From: Piedraia hortae CBS 480.64
Lineage: Eukaryota
Direction of reading: 5' to 3'
Assembly (NCBI GenBank): GCA_010093745.1
Contig: MU005957.1
Location: forward strand, 558,001 to 622,000
DNA length: 64,000 nt
Shown in pieces: positions 25,055 through 37,610 of this stretch. The notes beneath the pieces were generated by a model. That model did no database searches. It saw only the letters and a program-made list of their open reading frames with translations, and was not told where the DNA came from. Each line of letters begins with the position of its first letter. Positions within the stretch are counted from its first letter, which is position 1. The position numbers and the translations under genes are program-made.

Positions 25055-25897
25055 TGGTTACATTGAATGGATGGGAGAGTAGACTAGCTGGGGACTGTTG
25101 ATATGGATGTCCATGTCCTTTTGCGGGTGAAGACATGAAACTTCAAGTTCCTATAGAATTAAAATACAGTGCATTGTATCGGGGCCCTGCTTGCTATCCT
25201 GCTGGCAGCGTCCTCCGCTCCACCTCGGCCGATGAAGTCTGTGTTTCCATCAGTTGGAATAAACGTACGCATTCCCGCTTAGAACGGCCGCCATCTGATC
25301 ATACGTTGCGCTAAATGCATCAACAGCCACGCTGCGCGCATGCTTTTTCACGTCCTTTCTGGACATGTCTATTGGATGACCTGGAGAGGTGCCCCCGCTT
25401 GCCTCGTATAGCACTAGCGTAAACGGTGACGGGTTTTTCCTGCAGCCCCACTGCCCGACTTCACCCATAACAACAAAACTTGCCAGCAAACAAACCGACC
25501 TACTAACCAAAATGCAGACCGCATGCCACCAGGCGGCCAATGTCTGAGCGGATTGACAAGCCCGCCGCCACCCTACCCACCCAGCATTCGGCCCACCACG
25601 TCGCCAGAACCATCACACAGCAATATGACAAGCGTGCCAATGGACATCTGGGCCTGCAGCATACATAATCTCGCACCAAGGGATCTTATTCTGCACTCAG
25701 TCGGACCTCGTGACGCACGTCACTAAACGACCTTTCCCAATTTAATGGGCGCAAGTGGGTCCGAATGGCCCAAACGGGAATTGGAAGCCCTCGAACCCGC
25801 GACCTCTGAGCATTTTACCACCCAGCACCACCTTCACGCCTTGCGCGACAGGAGTCACAGCAAGAATGATGACGATGCAAGAGACCTGAAGTGCAAG

Positions 25898-25924
25898 GAA
25901 AAAAAAAAAAAAAAAAAAAAAAAA
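25898..25924. repeat. Poly(A) tract (~27 nt)
   Basis: Homopolymer run seen directly. Confidence 0.9.
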
Positions 25925-26446
25925 CAGGGTTCTAAAGATTATCTCTGCATCATGCTATTGGTTAAACAAATGTCAATTCAAAAAAGAGTCACCAAGCCAC
26001 AAGGGCTTTTTGGTGTATTATGACTGGGGAAGACTTGATCAAAACTAACATCCAGCACAAACAAGCGCTCAAGAAAAGCGACAAACGCGACAAACAACAG
26101 TGGAACCAGATGAAGCAGTGAATGACTACTATTCTGGCAATCATGCGATGTGATTTTCACATCCTCGGCCGTCGAGGGCGAAAATGCAAGAAAAAAGTGC
26201 CAAAGAGCGATGAAATTCGAACCGCGACTACTGAAGCAGATGGATTCCAACCTAAACGAGCGCCATCGCACCACATGGGCTTTTGGTCTATTAGGACTGG
26301 CAATCGAGAGATTATAATATACCAAAACGCTGCATGTACGCTGAGCGTGAGATTCTGACGAGTCACAGGATGGGGAGATGGAGTTTTGAATGCACTTTGC
26401 GCGATTGATTCCACTGTACAGACTGTGAGTGCATCGCTTGAAAAGT

Positions 26447-26508
26447 GTTTCGCTCTTGGTAGCAAGTGGGAGTGTATACTTGCTCCCACTTGCTACCAAG
26501 AGCGAAAC
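26447..26508. repeat. Perfect 26-bp inverted repeat with a 10-nt spacer
   Basis: GTTTCGCTCTTGGTAGCAAGTGGGAG-tgtatacttg-CTCCCACTTGCTACCAAGAGCGAAAC. Confidence 0.95.
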
Positions 26509-26975
26509 CATGCATAAAGCGGTAAGTCAACTTTCTGTTTTGCTGCTTCTGCAAGCGATCTGCGTGATTTCTGGTGTTCAGTAGCTTCAGTAGGCTGTTG
26601 TGCTATTTGCAGACAGAAAAAGGGAAGATGCTCGGAAATGGCTTCCAGACCGTGTTATTTTCGGTTGAACCTATCATACATGGACCCAATCGGTTACGTT
26701 GCTTCAATGTCTTGATCGTTCAGGACTCGGCGGTCCATAGCGGTGAATTGAAGTAAAAGCTCATCCATACCAAGAGAGTTATGGTTAGGTAGATTGCTTC
26801 CTAGAGAAGACCAAAGACCATCGATCACATCTGCACATGTTCATCCATCCAACCAGAAAGACTGTCGACCATTTCCCTTTGAGAACTAGTCAGGAACGCC
26901 TCCCATCCAACACGCAATGCACCTCTAGAAAAAGCAATATCCCCCACAACCCAACGTCCTCCCCCCCCCCAAAAT

Positions 26976-28049
26976 ATGCCCCCTCGTCCACGTAAGCTCA
27001 CCATCCTGGGCGCGGGCCCAAGCGGCCTTACCCTCGCGCGCCTCCTCCCGCCATGGGTAGACTATACCATCTACGAGTCGCGCCCTAACCCCGCCCTCCA
27101 AACAGCCAACGACTGGGGCGGCTCGCTCGACATCCACACCGGGACCGGACAAGCCGCGTTACGCGCAGCAGGCCTCCTCGAGAGATTCCGCTCCATAGCG
27201 CGGTGGGACGTACCCACCCGCCTCGCAGACGGCATCACCGGACGTGTCGTGCCTATGGATGAGGGTGGGGAGGAAGCCCGTCCTGAGATTGATCGCTCGG
27301 CGTTAAGGAAGTTGTTGATGCAGGGTATTCCCCCTGGCAGACTTAAGTTTGGGAAGAAGGTTACTTCTGTTTCCCCCGGGAGGGTGGAGTTTGAGGATGG
27401 GACGGAGGAAACGGGGATGGAGCTTATTGTTGGTGCTGATGGGACGTTTTCGAGGACGAGGAAGGCGGTGACAGATGCGCTGCCAAGGTATAAGGGGGTG
27501 AGTCTTTTTGCAAAGAGGTTAGAGGGGGATCACCCCCTGCGGGGAGTGGCGGAGGTATTGGCGGGTCAGGGGACGTATATGGCTCTCGCGGGGGGAAGAG
27601 TGCTGGTCGTGCAGGCAAATAGTGGGGGCGCTTACTTTGTTTATCTTGGGATGAGGGTTGAGGAGGGAGGGATGCTTCGCAAGGATGTTTTTGGGGGGTG
27701 GGATGGGAAGCTCAAGGGCATTGTTGAGGGGTTGGAGGGGTTCAAGACTTGGGGGTTGTATTCGTTGCCGACTGATGCGCTGCCGTGGAGAAGGACGAAG
27801 GGGATTACGTTGATTGGGGATGCGGCACATGTGAGTTGTCCGAATGGGGAGGGGGTTAATGTTGGTATGTGGGACGCGTTGAAACTGGCGGAGGCGATTG
27901 GGAAGGGGGAGGTGTTGGATGAGGCGGTTAGAGAGTATGAGGAGGAGATGTTCCCGAGGGCGAGGGAGCAGATTAAGAATGGGAATGACACGTGGGAGAC
28001 GTTGATGAAGGAGGGTACTACCCCGGAGACATTCATAAGTGGGATATAG
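26976..28049 (+). CDS. FAD-dependent monooxygenase, TetX-like class A flavoprotein (intronless)
   Basis: GAGPSG dinucleotide motif, GGSLDIHTGTGQAAL, RPEIDRSALRKLL, IVGADG, TLIGDAAH..GEGVNVGMWDA. Confidence 0.9.
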   Translation: MPPRPRKLTILGAGPSGLTLARLLPPWVDYTIYESRPNPALQTANDWGGSLDIHTGTGQAALRAAGLLERFRSIARWDVPTRLADGITGRVVPMDEGGEEARPEIDRSALRKLLMQGIPPGRLKFGKKVTSVSPGRVEFEDGTEETGMELIVGADGTFSRTRKAVTDALPRYKGVSLFAKRLEGDHPLRGVAEVLAGQGTYMALAGGRVLVVQANSGGAYFVYLGMRVEEGGMLRKDVFGGWDGKLKGIVEGLEGFKTWGLYSLPTDALPWRRTKGITLIGDAAHVSCPNGEGVNVGMWDALKLAEAIGKGEVLDEAVREYEEEMFPRAREQIKNGNDTWETLMKEGTTPETFISGI

Positions 28050-28519
28050 ATGGATGGCATTATGTATGAATGATAGGCTGTTTTAGCAGTGGAATGTTTT
28101 GAGAAGGAGTGTAATACTTGGGCATGCTGTGGAAGACAGTAGTTAATCACGTAGAACTGCATAATGAACAAGGTTCCAACTTTTGACGATGTTTTCGGTG
28201 ACAAAGCAACGTACAACTGCCCGTGTGAAACGTATCGAAGCCTTTGGTCGAGGCATAGGCTTCAAGGACTGATCATCGCAGTTCCTAATCGTTATTGCAA
28301 ATCAAGAGCGGATTGGGAACTGCTTTCACGTCGGCGAAAAACTTCGCCCTTTGGTGGCCATCTCCACTCGATGACGAAAGCCTACGGTATCTATGGGTGG
28401 ATTGAGTTTCTGAATGCTCAGCTTTACTGCGGCCCTTTTCGCCTCTCTGCACCCTTACGTGCACAAATGATGGAATATTGATACGTGTTGAGGTTCATCC
28501 CGATGGACGTCTGTGGCAT

Positions 28520-29700
28520 TATCCGCCAAGGCTGATTTGGCCGACGTGCGATACCATGCGATGTGCATTGAGCATCCACGAGGTATAGCAAGAGAGGTTG
28601 TATCCATGAAAGCTTATCCCGTGATCGTCGTGCACGCGATGAAGCTCAGCAACGAGCTCCGGTGAACTTTGTCGTTCAATGGCTGGTCGAGGAGCTTGAG
28701 GAAGAAATCAAGCAATGCATCTTCGAGCTTCGCCTCATTGACATCTTCGTCTCCTTCTGCTGCGGCGGATATTTGGTTCGCTGTTTCGAAGACGGCTATG
28801 ATCTTCATCACCTGCTCGTCTGTAAAGCGATAACGAGGCCGTGGCCCGTCCATTTTGCTCACGCTGAAGAAGGAATTGCACATGAGTGTCCAAAAATTCT
28901 TGCACTCAATGTATCCTGACACTTGCAGTTTCTTCAACATCCCCGGTTCGATCAGGCGGTCCTGCTTCAAGAAGGACCGGCTCACATACCGCCTAAAGAA
29001 AGTGACACTGTCACTTCGACTGGTTTCATGGGCAGTTTTGATCAGCTTCGGGATCGCCGTTTCCAAGACCTGCAAGATCGGCTCATCTTCGCTGGCCCTC
29101 CTCGCCAGCTTCCGCACGGCTCCCAGGTCTAACTCGCAGAAAAACGTATCCCACTTTGTGGGCCGCATCCACGATAATACGCCCACCCCCAAGTCGATGA
29201 ACCATCTTCATCCAGCTCCTCCATAACACGATCTTGTATGGTCCCGACGTGTCCAGTCGTGGAGTTTACTGGCGTCAATATCTACCAACCCTACACTATG
29301 GTAGCACACATCTGTGGATCACATTGCACTAATGGGCGGTTTCGGCGCATAGGCATGACCGGCATTACCACCACCTTTCCTCCATTGGTGCGCTTTCTTG
29401 CAGTGTGCCTCTATTGAGCCATAACCCCGTGAACTTCAAAAACACCATATTTACCTCTGCCGCATCGGGTTGGTCCTTGAAGAACGATGCAACTGTAAAA
29501 TTGAAAGTCTGAATCATTGATATTGGCCTGCTGCTCCCGAAGGCTGGATGTATCGATGAGTGGCATTTAGTTACACCCGGTGATGGAATGCGGTTCAGAC
29601 TTGTCAACACAGGCCGGAAAGTAGCTGCTGTATATCACCAGCCAGTAAAGCCGCCTTCTTCAATCCATTATCAGCTGCGCAGCAAAATTTGTCACTTGAA
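28520..29700 (-). pseudogene. Degraded remnant resembling the N-terminal half of fungal DUF3505/telomere-linked RecQ helicase elements
   Basis: ORF 28614-29192 has SWMRPTKWDTFF and LLDFFLKLLDQPLNDKVHRSSLLSFIA, resembling the PWL.RTGW and LLDQ....YES.LVSFLAV blocks of that family; flanks contain stops and frameshifts. Confidence 0.45.
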
Positions 29701-29857
29701 CATGTGATTGCGATGTTACGCAACTACAAAGCTAAACTGACTGTGTGTGCAACTTCAAGTAAAGTTCAATTTCCGCGCTGAATCCAACCACACGCGGTTT
29801 TAATTCCGCCTCCCCCCCGACCTCACCTGTTGTCTTCCCTCCTACAAGTCAGGAACA

Positions 29858-30465
29858 ATGCTCGGTCTTCGCGCTATCCAACGTACTGCGCTCCCTATCG
29901 GCTCACGGCACTACACGCGCGTTGCCGACAATGCTTTCACCCGCGAACGCGCCGCCGTCAAAGCCCATGCTGCTGCTACCAGTGGTATGCCGCACTCGCT
30001 TCCCTACCGTAACCCCTGAGGCTAACTGGGTATAGATGTTTGGCGGAAGTTGTCGATTTAGTATGTCATTCCAGGTCCAGTGGTGGGTATGGGGAAGAAG
30101 GGTCGGAGAGTAGAAGAGCTGCTTCGCGGGGGAGGGTCCCTTCCGGGAGATTGCTTCCTCCCCTCCAAGCCCACCCCTCCCATTGTGGACGTTTTACTAA
30201 CCGTATCCTCAGCGTGGTCATTCCTTCTCTCATGATCGCAGGCGTTAATGCCTGGCGTCTTTGGCTCGAACACTGGGAGCACAAGGCCCATGATGTCCCT
30301 CTGGAGGAGAAGACGGAGTACCCCTATCAGAATATTCGGAGCAAGAACTTTTTCTGGGGCGATGGAGATAAGGTGAGTCTTTGGGTACGTGTTTGGTTTG
30401 GATGGGGCTGATGGGGTTAGACGCTGTTTTGGAATCCGAAGGTTAATTACCATAAGACTGATTAG
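29858..30465 (+). CDS. COX13: Cytochrome c oxidase subunit VIa (3 introns)
   Basis: DNAFTRERAAVKAHAAATS/DVWRKLSI/YVVIP..EYPYQNIRSKNFFWGDGDK/TLFWNPKVNYH. Confidence 0.96.
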
Positions 30466-30829
30466 GTGTGTACAGAGTGGGTAGGGTGTGATATGGAAGT
30501 GTTTTTATCCTGCGTGTTAGTTTGATGATTCCAGCTGGTAAAGACGAGGTATTGTGGGCCCCTGTGCGGTAGGAGGAGCTTAGTTGATTAACTTGGCGAA
30601 TCTAAGCCGTGCGCAGGGAGACAGATGATGTTGTTTTCATTCATCGTAAAGGAGGTACCTGAACCATACAAATGGCAGATTCGGTCTTGCAGGTAGTGGG
30701 GCCGCTATCTTAAGTTAATGCCCGGCGGCGGAATTGAAAAGGTTCTGGAGTGGTATGTAAGCCCGGACTGCTGTGGAAGATCTGATCGTGTCTACGGCTG
30801 ACCTGTAAGCGAGGGAGAACAAGATTGAA

Positions 30830-32330
30830 CTAAATACGTTTTCCATTTTTTGGAGGACTTCATAGATTCAGCCAAAGAGCTTTTTCAACCACTCCCATTG
30901 GAGACATCCCAATCATGCACCAAAGCCCATTTTGAAGATCGTGGCAGTGAATCCGGGTTCCTAAGTAAAGTCAAACCTAGTGCATAAATGTAACAATCAC
31001 GGTACTCTTCAAGATATTCATGCAGTCACCATCCTGGGGCGCGAGAAAGTACTATATGAATGCGTTAATCTTGAGTTTTCTCCCAGGTGCTAGTAATGTC
31101 ATCGACAAACTTAGATGAGAATACGGCCGGATGCAACCAAAGACGCCTTGTAAGCATTGCAATCCATGTGATAATCGTATTGACAAGTTTACTATCCCCT
31201 TCTTGTTTCTCACCCATTCAGTACTTATAGAGCACATCGATTACGTCAATCTTCAGCAAGGTCTTGACTTGGGATTCTTGGCCTTTGAATAAGATGGGCA
31301 GGATAATGTTTGCGGCATTTTTTTGGCAACGAGCGGCGATCTCTCGAGTATCCGCAACACTCGAAACAAACTTGTCGTACAGTACAAAAGTGTTATGCGA
31401 TCTGGACTTCGCATGCAGCTGATCTAGACACATAGAAGTGCTTCCTGATTAGCCTTGACCTGATGGTCTTCTCCTTCAGATGCAGAGTCTTCAATGTTGA
31501 AGAGCTGGCTGAGCAAATCGACACAAAAGCGGGCACTACTCCATGCAATGGGACTTTCGCGTCCCAAAAAATGACACATGGCCCAGGCAATGTGGCGCTT
31601 CAAAAAGATTTTCACTCTAATAGTCGTTTCTGGCCGCTGCAGAGAAAGAATGACGCGCCAAAGCACAATCCTCAAAGCAGGAGTTGCAACGAGAATATCC
31701 CTATGCTGCGATCCAGACCTTACAATGAAGCCAAAAAGATGAACCACAATGCCCAGACCAAACTGTGTTGCACACAGTTCGAGCATTATGATGCGTGTAT
31801 AAAAGTTATTCTGGAAGATGAGACTCGTGACTAGCTCTGAATTGTATTTGGCCGACAAACACAAATTTTGACGAGGTCACATTGGGCTTCAAGGTAACCA
31901 GCCATCCTAGTCTCCAAGATGGAGATGCACTGCGTCACTCCACCGTTGCCAATGAAGTTTTCCAATGAAAGTTCTGATGCCGAGGGCGACTTTTGTATCT
32001 CGTACCTGTCAACGAACTTACTCACATCATTAGGCAATCCGAGGTTGGCCATGGGCTTGCGTGCTTGATGCAGGTGATCTGAGTATTGACAATCTGAGCA
32101 AGCAGTTGAGCAGTGTAGCAATGAGGAGCAACGGGCAATTTTGCCCGTGTTTACAGTTCGGATGTCTGGATATGTGTTTGAAAACAGTTACCGCGTTAGT
32201 TGATTTCACGGTGATCCGAGCTATGATGCTGAGTGACCACACCTTGCTCAAAGACACAGACACTCCAGACGTTAGTCAGCCCGAAGGCGGTGACTGGCAA
32301 GCACGGTCTGACTTTCCTTTCTGGAAGTCG
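30830..32330 (-). pseudogene. Disrupted, highly diverged ARM-repeat (importin-alpha-like) gene, copy 1
   Basis: Fragmented ORFs (31218-31433, 31424-31864, 31831-32121) align with copy 2; broken by frameshifts and stops. Confidence 0.55.
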
Positions 32331-35300
32331 CGTTATGAATACCTCGTGTTCGCTCTGCTAGTCGTGGGTTTGCTCACTTTAGCGTACTCTGCGCAAGCAG
32401 AATTGGCGAGTTTAGAACAAACATCGGAAGGAGGGAGGGATCTACTCACATCACTTCGATATCGGTAAATGGTGACGCAGTCAACAGTGTGTGTGATGCC
32501 TCACTATGGAATCCGTCTGAGGTCTAGAGGAGGCTTGCACCTCAAGACTGCTCTAGACTCGCATCCCGGTCCGAACCACATTCGCCGTGAAAACGTCTTT
32601 GACGTAACCACGCTCCAGAGGAACCATCCTCCATGAGGTAAAACCCCTGGAGAGTCCGGTGCCCTATCTACCGAAGGCAGGCGTCTGACAACGAATGCGG
32701 ACATCCCTCAGCTAAACTTTTTGGCACGACTCCTGGAACTTTAAATCAGGTGCGTGGCCAATATTGCTTGATATACATTAAACATTACACTGTTGGCCGA
32801 TTCCACCCTCCTGCACTTGATTGACTGCAAATATTGGCTTCGAAGTGATGATGTAAGGGCAGAGTCAGTGAACACGACAAGAGATTTGATTCCCGTACTC
32901 TATAGTCATGATATCGCTTACACAGTTCTTATGACATATCCAAACGATCAACAAAGATCCAAGGTTGGCGGCACAAATAGAGAAAGCATACGAGGAAAGA
33001 GGAGTCTACATGCAAAGACGAAAATTTTATGATAATCAGCGGGCTAATAGTTGTTGGCAAAGCCAGTTAGTCTGCATGACCGATGTAGACGTAACTACGG
33101 ACTACATACAGCACTTCATCACTGCTCAGTCCCAGTAACACCCATCGCATAACCACATGAGACCAGACTGCTCGAGCAATGTAGTAAGCGAAGCCACGGC
33201 TGGCTTGTAAGCGAATCCAGATCCCGACATACTCTTGTAAACTTGAGTTAAAATCCTTCTACATGCTCTTGGGATAATTCATGGACTACATCGCCATTTT
33301 CACCAAAGGCCAATGTGGCGGAAGGGACAATCTCCGCCAAAAATGCTTGCGGCGCTATTTCTCCGGTTTGTTAGGCGCCATCTCATTAATGAATGGGTGT
33401 TAACAGTCCAATATGAAGAGGAACCCGCTATATCCAGGTTTGACTGCACCCTAATCGTCACCCATACCAGGGCAAACCCGGCTGCTGCCACTGCGTGCAA
33501 GGGCCAATAGTATGGACCGAAAGGGGACAACCAGTTTGATTCAGTTGATGGTGATGCGGCCTCGGCGATGGTAAATAGCGCCCTTGGGCTGGCTGGAGTG
33601 TCCGGCATGCAAGGGCCAATTGCTTGAGCAGGAAGAGGACCTCCAGTTCGGTTCAGTTGAGGTGAAGGCTGATGATGTGACTCCGTCGATGGCAGGTAAA
33701 TATTTTTGAGCTAGCTGGACTGCCCAACATGCTGGGCTTACCGACCATGAGCGACCGGTCCAAAGTCTCATCATTATCACCCAATGAGGCGCAGTGTTAG
33801 TTTCTTGCATGCTGAGTTCGACTCGTAAGCGTCGAAACGCCCATCCAGTGTGAGCGACTCTGACATCCCCCTTCCTTCTGAAGACCCTTCATGCATTGCA
33901 CCGATTCTTCTGGGTCCCACAGCTCAACTGGTTCATCAGACTGCCTCGGGGAATCGATTATGTCGTACGCTGGTCTTTTAGAATTCAAAATTCGTTCGGC
34001 GTCGGCGTCGGCGTCAGCGTTACCCATTTCGTGGTAAGGAATATCTTATCGCAAAATATTTCAAATAGCCAACAAAATGATTAGAGGGACGTAGGAGGCA
34101 GGCTTCCCAAAGATTTGGAACATTAGACCATGCAATTTGCAGCCACCAACGCAAGCTGCTTCTGAATTGAATTTACGCATTGGCATCGGTTGGCATCTGA
34201 ACAGACAAGGCGGCCTATTCTTCTCAATTGTAATCGTTGGCCATATGGAAGGTTGCAGTTGTGGAAATGTGCCCTCTCGTGCGACAGCGGGCTGCGCGAG
34301 CCGGCTGCTCACTGATATTGACTTCGGCAGCATCCACAGGTTCTGAGATGTTTCTTCTGTTTCTGGATATGCAGCAGCCGCTTGTATGGCAAAACGAGCA
34401 ATTTTTCGGTACAGTTCTTGCAACGTCTGTTGAGCGACCGTGAGGGCGCTTCAGTGGAGCGCTGGAAGACGAGCCAGTGGCTACAGCTGGCGCATGCGGG
34501 ACAGTGTCTCCAAGTCCTAGGCAAGCCCAGCCATGTCCCTGAGCATGCGGTATCGCAGTTAGGGTCAGCACCGCAAGGGCGCTCAGAAACATGGACGGTC
34601 TCAATGCCATAAGGCAGCTTGTTGTCATTATGCGCAGAGCCGCTGGTCGCTATGGTGTAACTACTGCCATGACCACTCTTGGAGCCCTAAACAGCATGTT
34701 CAGGCATTTTGAGTTGACTCGTGTCAGCTGTGTTCGTGGTGTTAAAGGTTTGAAATGTTTTTTGAATATCAGGGATTTTGCCCATGTGCGTGTTGCTTGG
34801 GAAGTACCCTTGACACAGTCGCGCACGCGCACCACAAAAAACAATGGTATTCTTACACTGTGAAGACTAGAGAGCTCCTGCCACCCCACAATCTAATGTC
34901 CAGTCCCTGTGACTACCAGCGAGTTCGTATTAGCCATTCTCTTGGCCTTTTCTGTGCGAGAGCCGCAATAGCCCACTTCTTCAAATCTTCTTCACAGCGA
35001 AAGGATCTTAATTCTTATTGTTCCTGATCATGCAGGTGCGCAAAACCGCAGAGACTCGTGTATAGAAGGTCAATATGGCTAAACTAATTGGTCAAGCCTT
35101 AAAACTAATATGCGCACGAGCCAACCGGTGGTGCCCCTCCCCATGCCAAGAACCTCGGGATGCTGGGCTCAGTTGGGTCTAGCCGTATTGACCTTATGTG
35201 CGAGTATCTGTCATATCCAACTATGCCCCGGCAGAAGTTTTCTCATTCGGACTCTTTTTTCCCTTCAAACCTAGGGATTTAATGGTGCTTTGCAACGATT

Positions 35301-36229
35301 ATCTGCCAACGCAAGGCCGCTTTCCTGTGGCCAGAGATGCAGTCTCATGACTTGAGCTTGTAAAGCAAACATGTCATCCGCCACTTTCGGATTCTGTCAG
35401 TTTATATCCGGTCAGACATCACATTCGCACGGCAGACCGTACGAATACATCTGCGTTCTATTATACTCTCGCGGACCAACCCTGAGATTGAATTGTTTCT
35501 TTGGGACAATGAGTGTGTGCGAATTCATGATAAGATTGCCATTTCTATCTAAGCCATCCTATCTTTTGAGGTCGTTGCTCAAAATACTGCCCACATTCAG
35601 TTAGCAGTGGCACCGACGGCTAATAAACGTCCTCACAATATACGTCTGTGCTCGAGTGAGCTGTTTCTATCAAGGATTTGCGAGCCGAAAGATTTCTCAT
35701 GAGCCGAGGGGAATTAATCTTGGCACTGAATTGATCAGCATTCTTAAATATACCAGTCAGCACAAAGAATTTGGGCATACATGAACAGCAGCATCCTTTC
35801 ACTGCTCCGCAGTGCACTGCCCTGCAATATGACCATCAAAGTTGCCATAACAGAGAGCCTTGACCACGACCTATAAAGCGGGGTTTCGAGCACCTCTTCG
35901 AAGCGAGATTTCAATTTTGTCAAGTATTTGGACCTGAAATTTCGGCCAGTTTTCACCGCTTCGCCGACAAAAACTCTCTAGCGGACTATGGCGGTGTATA
36001 GTCATGCCGCCGATAGGCGTATGCGTTCTATTGTCAGAATGCTTTCCTTTCGATGGATCTGAAAATGTTGGAGCGGTTCTCGCGAATCAAGTGCATATGG
36101 AGGTATTTCAAATTGTAGCTGAATTGTCTGGCAAGTTTTCCGTAGAATAACCCATGTGTATGCATGCTCAAGTCTTGGGTTTTGAAGGGATGGCGTACTT
36201 TCGTCTACGAGTGACCTTAAGACGAGACT

Positions 36230-37610
36230 TTGGACTTAGAACATTTTCCATTTTCTAGAATACTATAGAATTAGCCCAAATCTCCTTCCAGTCAATCTCA
36301 TTGGAGGCATACCCATCATGCACCCAAGCCCATTTCGAAGATCGTGGCAATGATTCTGGGATCTTAATTAAAGCCCAAGATAGTGCACTAATGTTCCACT
36401 CACGGTACTCTTCAAAATGCTCATGCAGCCACCATACAAAGGATTGGGAGAGTGCTCCATGAAGTCGTTCATGTTGAGTCGTCTTCCTTTGAAATCCCTA
36501 CAATGCTTTCAATAATAGAATCGAGATGTTCTCTTTCCCCTTATTTTTTCTCAGTCACATAGTGTTCATGCAGGGAATCGATTGCGTCAACTTCCTGCAA
36601 GGTTTTGACTTGGGATTTGTGACCATACAATGAGACGTGGAGGATAATATTAGCAGCAAGCCTTGTGAAGAGGAGCTGTGGGCTCTTGAGAATCACCAAT
36701 AGCCGAAGCAAAATTGTTGTATAATACAAGACTTTTATGCCTTGTGTGCCTTGCTTGCTCATGGCGCAGATAGCTATAAGCGTGTACCCTTTAGCTTCAA
36801 CCCGTCTCTCTTGTCCTTCAGCCGCTAAGTCGTCAAGATTTAGAAACCGGCTGAGCACAGCTATACACATGTAAGCACGGCGCTCTGAGATGGGGCTTTC
36901 GTGCCTCAAAAAGCAGAATATTGCCCAGGCAACGATGCCCTTCGTCTGGACTAACACCTCAATGGGCTGGTTTGGCAGCTCCAGCCACCCCACGACTCGC
37001 GAAAACAAAATTTTAAAAGAATCATGATTTATGTGAATATCTCTATGTTGGCATGCATACCAGGCAATAAAGCCAGGCAGGTAGGTCACACAGGCCAGAC
37101 CAACGCCGTTGTTTGGCGCAAACATTTCAAGCATTGTGATTCGTGTATGGAAGCCGCGCTGCAAGATAGTGCTGGCAACTTGCTTGGGATCGTACCCGGC
37201 CGCCCGATGCAGAATTGCGACAAGCTCAAATTGAATTGTCGTGTCTCTAGCCGTTGTGGTCTCCAAGAGGCAAATGCAGTTTTGCAATCCACCCGATCAT
37301 GTCGCATTCGTCTGCTGGAGGTAAGGCCTGCATTCCGCGGCACCAGTCGATGAACGCACCCACATCATTAGGACTGTAGGGAGAAACCAGGGTATTGTGT
37401 GCTTGACGTAAGCTATCATCGTATCGATGATCTGAGCGAGCAGTTCAGTCGTTGTAGCGATGAAGAGGACTGGCTATGAATCCTGCGGTGGCCGGACTTT
37501 CCTCAACATCTTAGAAACTGACAAAAGCAAAGATATTTTAGACGATAGTCATCCCGCAATGCCGTAATTTAAGACCATGCCAGCCCAGCACGGTCTGATT
37601 TCCCCAAAGG
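36230..37610 (-). pseudogene. Disrupted or truncated, diverged ARM-repeat (importin-alpha-like) gene, copy 2
   Basis: 248-aa ORF 36541-37287 with TIQFELVAIL..AAG, VAWAIFCFLR, IAICAMSK.G and AANII..G.KSQVKTL; clear DNA identity with 30897-31040 and ~32300. Confidence 0.55.

Noticed and set aside
25745..26760. Several 60-177-aa ORFs around the poly(A) tract and hairpin
   Set aside because: No motifs; the poly-K stretch derives from the homopolymer
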